Part shown: piece by piece, positions 54,900 to 64,000 of the stretch
How positions within the stretch are numbered: the stretch's first letter is position 1
How the letters are laid out: each line of letters starts with the position of its first letter
Source of the DNA: Eledone cirrhosa
Lineage: Eukaryota
DNA length: 64,000 nucleotides
Reading direction: 5' to 3'
Assembly (NCBI GenBank): GCA_964016885.1
Contig: OZ024741.1
Coordinates: 77,004,001 to 77,068,000, forward strand
Notes under the pieces: generated by a model
What the model was told of the DNA's origin: nothing
The model's database searches: none
The model's input: only the letters and a program-made list of their open reading frames with translations
Program-made: the position numbers and the translations under genes

Positions 54900-57745
54900 T
54901 GAAGAATTATCCCACACGTTCGTTCTAATTGCTCTTCTTTGAACCTAAATTTATGGTTTGGTACTTCTGAAGTGATTAGCTGGTTCAACAAATTGAATAA
55001 TAAAAACAAACTAAAATTTGTTCAATTTGATATTGCCAGCTACTATTCCTCCATTTCGCCTTCACTTCTCAATAATGCTCTATCTTTTGCACTTAAATAT
55101 TCTGACATCACCACAGATGAACTTCACATCATTCTCACCGCACGTAAAACCATCCTAGAGTTCAACAACGAATATTGGACCAGAGCCGATACCTCTAACA
55201 ACTTCGACATCACAATGGGAGCATCCGATTCATCCCAATTGACTGATTTAATTGGTATCTTTATTTTGAACTCTTTGAGTCGGAAAATTCCTCAACTTCG
55301 CGGTGGAATTTATCGTGATGATGGACTTCTTTACTATCTTAAATTGCAATATAGTTAACCTTAATATTATTAACAACAATATACGTAATCTCTTTAACCA
55401 ACATAACCTAAAAATTGAATTTGATAACAGTATCAAACTAGCTAATTTCTTGGATGTATCTCTTAATCTTGACACTGGCCTATATTACCCTTACCATAAA
55501 AACAATGAGAACCTAAATTATGTTAACTTTAAATCTAACCATCCTACTAATATCAAGAATGCTATAGTTAGTAATATTGGAAAAAGAATATCTAACCTAT
55601 CTTCTAATAAAAACATCTTTGATGCTAACGCCAATTACTATAATAACGCGCTTTCTAAAGCCGGCTATCCTGATAAAATCAAATATAGTAAAGAAACAAA
55701 TTCTAGAAGAAATTACAGTAGAATAATTAATCATGATTATTCCAATAACTTTAATAAAAGACCTAGATACAAAAACATAATCTGGTATAATGCTCCTTTC
55801 TCCATCTCTATTAATAACAATATTCCTAAATTATTCTTTAGTGCCTGCCTTAAATAAATGCTTCCCTCCCTCACATATCTATAGTAAAATATTTAACAAA
55901 CACACCATAAAATTTTCTTATTCTACATCCTCCAACATTTCCAACATTATCTCTAAACACAACAATAAAATACTAAATACTAAATCTCTTCCTTCCAACA
56001 CTGAATTTCATAATAATAGTACTCCCGACGTCATTGTAAACCCCTAGGCTAATTTCTACAAACCCAAATACAACGTCAAACACAACTTCGCTAAATGTTC
56101 ATAATCCCATTCTAAATCAAGAAACTATTATTCCTATCGCAAACAACTTCTCCAATCCAATTCCTTCTATAGATAACACTAGGTCACTCATTAATAATCT
56201 CTCTAATTGCAATTGCAATTGCCCTATTAAAAATAAATGTCCTCTCAACAACCACTGTCTTGATAAAAATTTAATTTACGAATGTAAAGTTATAACTGAC
56301 ACCAATTCCTTCACCTATTTTGGCTCCACTTCCACCTCTTTTAAAGCTCGTCTTTATAACCATCATTCGTCTTTTAAATACAAACTTAAAAGAGCCAACA
56401 CGGCTCTCTCAGAACTCAATGGTCCTTGAAAGACAAAAACATTAAATATAGCATCTTTTGGAAGAAGGTTTCTTCTGCGTCTCATACTTGAACAGTTCTC
56501 TATCTAAAATCTGCAATCTCTGTCTAAATGAAAAATTTACCATTATCTCTAATCTAGATTCTATAATAAATAGACGCACGGACTTGTTTTCTATCTGCTT
56601 GCATAAATTCCATAAAACATTTCACAAAGTATACAGCTAATATTCAATTCTTTATCAATTTAGAATCTTTTTCTCAAAGGCACATATATATATACACTTC
56701 TTTTAAAATATACCCATCTTTCTACCTTATTTCAAAGGTTATTATACATTCTATAATACTTGTTTACTCATTACTCTTACTCTATATCACCTTGTAAAAA
56801 TCCTTCGTAAACATATACATTTTTTTTTACGCTAGATTATTCATCCTCAATTCATATATTTTTTTCTCCCTATCATCTAACTCATTATTCTCAATACATA
56901 TTAACATTTTCTTTTTCTTCGCACATATTATCAAATCCTTCAATATACAAACCTTAACTTTACATTATTTTTCTCTTCATTAATTTTCAAATTCTATAAT
57001 ACTTGTTTACTCTTTCTACATCACCCATATTTATCACTTCCTTTTCTTCTCTTCTAATATCTAACCCCTAATCTGTACCTTTTCTCACTCTTGCCCTAAC
57101 ATAGAATCAATTATTACATAATACAACACATTCTTACTCTATATCACCTTGTAAAAATCCTTCGTAAACATATACATTTTTTTTGACGTCAGATTATTCA
57201 TCCTCAATTCATTATTCTTTTCTCCCTATCATCTAACTCATTATTCTCAATACATATTAACTCTTTCTTTTTCTTCGCATATATTATCAAACCCCTCAAT
57301 ATACAAACCTTAACTTTACATTATTTTTCTCTTCGTTAATTTTCAAATTCTTTTAATTTATACATTATCTTCCAACGGTTTTCAACCTCTCTATGTAAAA
57401 CAATATATCTTTCTCAGTTATAAAAGCTATCTCTCTCTCTCTATCACCCATCTCTCCTCCTATCTCATCCTTCCTCATTATACTCCTCCCTCTCCACCTT
57501 CACTCTCATCTCCTTCTTTTTTTTCATCCCCCCCCCCCCTCTAAATAAAATATTTTTCCCAATATCACACATCAATATAAAACTACTTCTCATATGTTGA
57601 TTTAAAACTGAACTATCCACAAGTGTTTTTTAACCTTCATATCATGTCCTCCTGTTTTATCTGATGAAAACACAAATATTATTGCATGATGATATTTGTT
57701 TTTGAAATGCGCATAATAAAATACATGGAACTCTTTTAATCATCT
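54900..57745 (+). mobile_element. Naiad-like Penelope element, frameshifted
   Basis: FVQFDIASYYSSI, MGASDSSQLTD, GGIYRDDGL, FLDVSLNL, CNCNCP..CPL..CL, IYECKV..YFGST..FKAR, CNLCLNEK; UTR duplication 56770-56995/57130-57350. Confidence 0.88.
57655..57721 (+). ncRNA. Type I hammerhead ribozyme, canonical core
   Basis: ttttat-CTGATGA-aaacacaaatatt..gatatttgttttt-GAAA-tgcgca-TA-ataaaa; 6-bp stem I, palindromic stem III. Confidence 0.82.
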
Positions 57746-57785
57746 TTTGTTCTTATATATTATATGTACATATATATACATAAAT

Positions 57786-57816
<31 letters not shown>

Positions 57817-57836
57817 TATGTATATATATATATATA

Positions 57837-57869
<33 letters not shown>

Positions 57870-58009
57870 ATATATATATATATAACAAACTCCCTCTTAC
57901 ACGAGTGGCCAACCTATACAGGCTGGAGATAAAATGTGTAGCAACAAGGGCGGTGCCCCAGCATGGCCTCAGCCGGATGGCTGAAACAGGTAAAAGAATA
58001 TGTATATAT

Positions 58010-59560
58010 AGGCGGCTGTTTGAGGAACTGGATGTTGAGACAGAGCCCTTCACCAGAGAGCCAAGAAGAAGATCAAGGAGGGCAAGGCTCATGGAGAAGA
58101 TGGAGTGGCATCAGAGGTGATGAAGAGGTGTGATTTTGATGATATCATCCTGGGGTTCTGTAACGGGGCACTGGAGAAAGGAGTTGCCCCGAATCAGTGG
58201 AGGATCAGTAACATCGTCCCAGTGCCAAAGAAGGGAGATCTCTCTAACACCAACAACTACCGGGGGATCTCACTGACGTCACTTGTGGCAAAGACCCTCA
58301 ACAGGATGATTCTTAACAGGATCCAGCCTGAGATGGAGAAGAAGCTCAGGGACAACCAGAACGGCTTCAGAGAGGGTAGATCAACCACCAGTCACATCCT
58401 GATGCTGAGGAGGATATTAGAGGGAGCTAGAGCAAAGTGCCTTCCTGCGGTCATGGTTTTCATTGACTTTAGGAAGGCCTTTGATTCTGTGGACCGTTAC
58501 TGCCTGATGAAGATCTTACAGGCTTATGGAATCCCCAAGAGGATAGTGGACCTGATATCACTGCTCTACACCAACACCAAAGCCCAAGTCATTACACCTG
58601 ATGGGATGACAGAGTTCTTTGAGATACTGGCTGGAGTGCTCCAGGGAGATACATTGGCTCCCTACCTTTTTATCATCGTAGTGGACTATTGTATGCGCCT
58701 TGCACTGGAGAAACACCAGGACTCTGGCTTTACTGTAGCACCGGCTCAGAGCAGGAGAGTTGGGGCGAAAAAGGTATTGGATGCTGAATTTGCCGACGAC
58801 ATAGTTTTGGTGACAAATACAGTGAAGGAGGCAGAGGATTTGATGCGGGAGGTTGAGACTGTGTCGATGAGTGTGGGGCTGAGAATGAATGAGACTAAAA
58901 CAAAATATCTGGTAGAGAATGTTGAGAAGCCAGAGGGGATCACTAATGTAGGCGGGAAGCTGCTGGAATTGGTTGAGGACTTCCTGTATTTGGGAGCAAA
59001 GATTGGGAATACGGAGGATGATGTGGTTGAGAAGAAGAGCAAGGCCTGGGCGGCGTGCCACAGCTTGAGATCGGTGTGGAAGTCGGACCTTCGTAGAGAC
59101 CTGAAAATCCGCCTCTTCATTGCTGTAGTGGAGTCTGTGCTGCTGTATGGGTCTGAGACTTGGACACTGACCAAGAAACTCACTCAGATGGTGGATGGGT
59201 GCTACACGAGAATGTTGAGGATGGCTCTGAACATTAATCAGTATACACTGAGGATGAAAAACTCAGAGCTGTATGGGAGCATCCCAAGAGTCAGCTCAAA
59301 AGTGACACAGAGGAGACCGAGGTTGGCTGGACATGTTCACCGACATCCAGAGTTGACATTGCACTCAGTGCTCCTTTGGGAGCCCCTACATGGACACACT
59401 AGAAGAGGAAGACCAAGGTTAACATATGTTGATGCCCTAAGGACAGACACTGGTCTGTTGGAGATGCAGGATATGGCAGCGATAATGAGGGACAGAGACC
59501 GCTGGAGAGAACTCGTCCATGGATCTCGGGAATTTTACCCGCCTTAGATAGATAGATATA
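58010..59560 (+). mobile_element. Young RTE-clade LINE (second family), 5' truncated, RT ORF open to 59547
   Basis: NYRGISL, QNGFR, FIDFRKAFDSV, GVLQGDTLAPYLF, FADD, VLLYGSETW. Confidence 0.92.
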
Positions 59561-59572
59561 TATATTATATAT

Positions 59573-59668
<96 letters not shown>

Positions 59669-59680
59669 CATATATATATA

Positions 59681-59723
<43 letters not shown>

Positions 59724-60148
59724 CATATATATATATGTACATCATCATCATCACCGTTTTACGTCCGTTCTTCCACGCTAGCATGGGTTAGACGGGTTGT
59801 CCTGTTGTGGGCAGTGTCTGGTCGGCTGACCATGCCTTGCTCATACAGGAACTGATCTGGCTTGATTTCTACAGCTGGATGCCCTTCCTAACACCAACCT
59901 CATTTACAGTGAGTGCTGGGTGCTTTTTCGTGGCGCCTACACGTCCACTTTACAGTGTGGGCTGGGTGCTTTTTTGCCGTGGCACCTCCACGACCACCTT
60001 GCGGTGGGGGGGGGGGGGGGCATATTGTTTATATGCTTCAGCGTATATATATATAATATATATATATATATATAATATATATATATGTATATATATATAT
60101 GTACATATATATATGTATATATATGTATATATACATATATATATATAC

Positions 60149-60230
<82 letters not shown>

Positions 60231-60287
60231 CAGTATTTTCCGTTGTGTTGTAATATAAATATTACAGATAGCAGCTGTTTTAGGTTA

Positions 60288-60330
<43 letters not shown>

Positions 60331-60363
60331 CATATATATATATATGTACACATATATATATAT

Positions 60364-60394
<31 letters not shown>

Positions 60395-60551
60395 GTACAT
60401 ATATATATATAATATATATATATATATATAATATATATATATATGTACATATATATATATATATATAATATATATATATATATAATATATATATATATGT
60501 ACATATATATATATATATGTACATATATATATATGTACATATAAATATATA

Positions 60552-60598
<47 letters not shown>

Positions 60599-61032
60599 GT
60601 ATATATATATGTATATATATATGTGCATATATATATATATGTACATATATATATATGTGTATATATATATATGTGCATATATATATTTTTAGGAACGATC
60701 GACTTTCGTCAAATCGGACCGAGGGAACAATGTTTCCGTTGGTCTTTCCAATTGCTAATACTATCTATCGGTCGCAACTCCAGGTAGAAGGAGCAACGTG
60801 AAATAAAGTGTCTTGCTCAAGGACATAACGCATCGCCTGGTCCAGGAATCGAACTCACAACCTTACGATTGCGAATCCAATTCTCTAACCACTCAGCCAC
60901 ACGCCTTCACACACATATATATATATATATATGTATTATATATATATATGTGCACATATATATATATGTATATATATATATATGTGCATATATATATATA
61001 TGTGCATATATATATATGTGCATATATATATA

Positions 61033-61086
<54 letters not shown>

Positions 61087-61395
61087 TATATATTGGGTTA
61101 AGAGAGTGGGACTGGCTTTGTGCAGTGCCTATGCTCACTATAAAAGCTTCACGGCACAGGCATTGCTTTATATCTGGAGATATCTCTTCACTTGTCATCA
61201 CATGGTACCAAGGGCCCAGCACTATGTGTCAATAATTGTCACAGGTGTAGTGTTTGTACCAGAGTTTTCAAGTCCCTGGCTGGACTAAAAAGTCACACTC
61301 ATTCAGCGTATCGGTAGGGGTTCTTCTACATGGATATAAAGTAGTGGCCGTACTCGAAAACGAGTTGGCAGCCACCCTCTGTACATATATATATT

Positions 61396-61429
<34 letters not shown>

Positions 61430-61577
61430 TATATATATATATGTACATATATATATGTAAATATATATATATATGTACATATATATATGTTCATATATAT
61501 ATATGTACATATATATATGTGCATATATATATATATGTGCATATACATATATATATATTTATGTACATATATATATA

Positions 61578-61614
<37 letters not shown>

Positions 61615-61731
61615 ACATATATATATATATATATATGTACATATATATATATATATATGTACATATATATATATGTACATATATAAATACATGCACATAT
61701 ATATATGTACATATATACATATATATGCACA

Positions 61732-61768
<37 letters not shown>

Positions 61769-61842
61769 GTACATATATATATGTACATACATATATATCA
61801 TCATCACTCGTCGACTACTGTCGATATATATATATATATATA

Positions 61843-61954
<112 letters not shown>

Positions 61955-62037
61955 TATACATATATATATATATGTACACATATATATATATATGTACATA
62001 TATATATATATATGTACATATATATATATATATGTAC

Positions 62038-62096
<59 letters not shown>

Positions 62097-62157
62097 CATA
62101 TATATATATATATGTACATATATATATATATGTACATATATATATATATATATGTAC

Positions 62158-62325
<168 letters not shown>

Positions 62326-62330
62326 GTACA

Positions 62331-62365
<35 letters not shown>

Positions 62366-63289
62366 GTACATATATATATATATATATAAATATAAAAAAC
62401 ATGAGAAGAAAGAAGAATACTGCGTGGTTGCACATGGGTTACATCTACTATATATATATATGTACATATATATATATATATATATATATGCATTCTATCA
62501 TGCTGCCCATGTTACTGAGGAAAGTTTGGGTTCTGTCAGACCTTCCCATGGTCCCCTGCAACTCATCTATATTCCCACTCCCATCTTCACTGTAAGATAC
62601 TGATCACATAAAGAGGAGCACACACTTATCTACTCCTATAATCACTGAACAATGCTGTTTGCATACAGAGGAATACCTTAATCCTGTATATATCCACCAG
62701 TCTTATCAATCCATCTCTCTTCTTCCCTATAACCCCACCACTGAGCTAGAAGCCATCACTCTTTTTCCTCAAAACCACTTTCTGCAACTTCATCTCAAAG
62801 TGTAAATGGTACTATTTGAATAATACAAGTCATTTTGTTTGATGCCCTAATGATTTTGCCAACCAATTGCTTTAATAATAATAACTATAATGTCTACTGG
62901 TTTAAGCATAAGGGCAGTTGTATGGGGGAATGAAAATGTTGATTATATCAACCTCAGTACTTGACTGATGCTTTATTTTATCAAACCAAAAAGGATGATA
63001 GGGAAAGTTGACTTCAGCCAAAGTTTCCACATGGGTCCACTGTTTTGAGGGAAAGGGTAAACTTGATTGCATCAAGATCCAGTACTTGAACTCAGAAGAA
63101 TGATTTCTAACATGGGAACACAGGCCTCAAATTGTGGGGGAGAGTACATGCTATTTAATCAACCCTACTAATTGAGTAGTATTTATTTTATTTGCCTTAC
63201 AGAATGGAAAAAACCCACTGAAATTGATAGAAGAGATGTAAGTAAATAGTGCAAGCCATTTAGTTCAACACTCTGCTCCACTATATCCC

Positions 63290-64000
63290 TATTTAGGTTG
63301 TCCCATCAATTTTATTTTAAGCTTTTTACACAGGATGTTAATAATCAAGAAAATAAAATTTTAATACGAGTGCACCCTTTTGTGAATTTTTTGTTGGAGT
63401 ACACATTTTCTAAATAATTATGTTTATTTCGGATTATTTACTTTAATAAGTGTTTAATGAATAAAACCCTAGAATAAGATGGATAAAAAAAAATTTTGTA
63501 TGATGTTTCTTCCTGACTACAAACTAAAACAAATATGTTCTGAAACTACAGCAAGGATCAATAATTATAAATGTGTTGAAGGTTATGTTTGTGTTCACAC
63601 AGTAATCAGGTGGTTCAAAAGTTTTCAGCAAGATGACGAAAGTCATGATGAATTTGACTATATAGGAAGGAAGTGAACCCTCGATCACAATGCTCTCAAG
63701 GAAGTCATAAAGACATAACCTGGAACATCAGTCCATAAGCTTGTACACAATATTGGAAAATCAATATAAGCCATTTCTTAACATTTGAGGACAATTGGAA
63801 AGAAAAAGATGGATAAATGGGTTCCACAGAGTCACAAACTCTGTAGATAAGACATGAAACTGATCCATTCTTCAAAAGCATCATAACGTATTATGAAAGT
63901 CAATTCTCTGTAACAGCCTAGTGGCTTGACAAAAATGAAGCACCAAAGCATTTCCCAAACCCTGAGTCTCACCAGAAACGTGCATGGTAACAGTATGGCA
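63290..64000 (+). mobile_element. Degraded mariner running off the window end
   Basis: ttaggttg TIR-like start; TVIRWFKSFQQDDES..GR HTH region; KWVP. Confidence 0.65.

Overview
Eukaryotic, AT-rich, microsatellite-laden animal DNA. The repeat landscape is consistent with an octopod cephalopod, which is an inference. One host gene is supported: a spliced Dispatched (DISP, SSD/RND family) homologue on the + strand, with phase-compatible exons at 34791-34914, 35711-36122 and 38480-41064 and a candidate first coding exon ending at 20211. The rest is layered mobile DNA: RTE, CR1-like and R4/Dong-like LINEs, at least six Penelope-like elements (three Naiad-like), a full-length mariner, several MITEs and tRNA-derived SINEs sharing the RTE 3' tail. 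The strongest unannotated signal is a set of hand-folded type I hammerhead ribozyme motifs: eight recognisable + strand copies, several with non-canonical cores, plus two decayed ones. They include a tandem pair 371 nt apart (retrozyme-like) and two sense-strand copies in the probable dispatched intron. Also notable are a highly basic insert in the Dispatched furin-loop region and a PHD-type finger inside an RTE reverse transcriptase ORF. Most short ORFs in the track are microsatellite artefacts.
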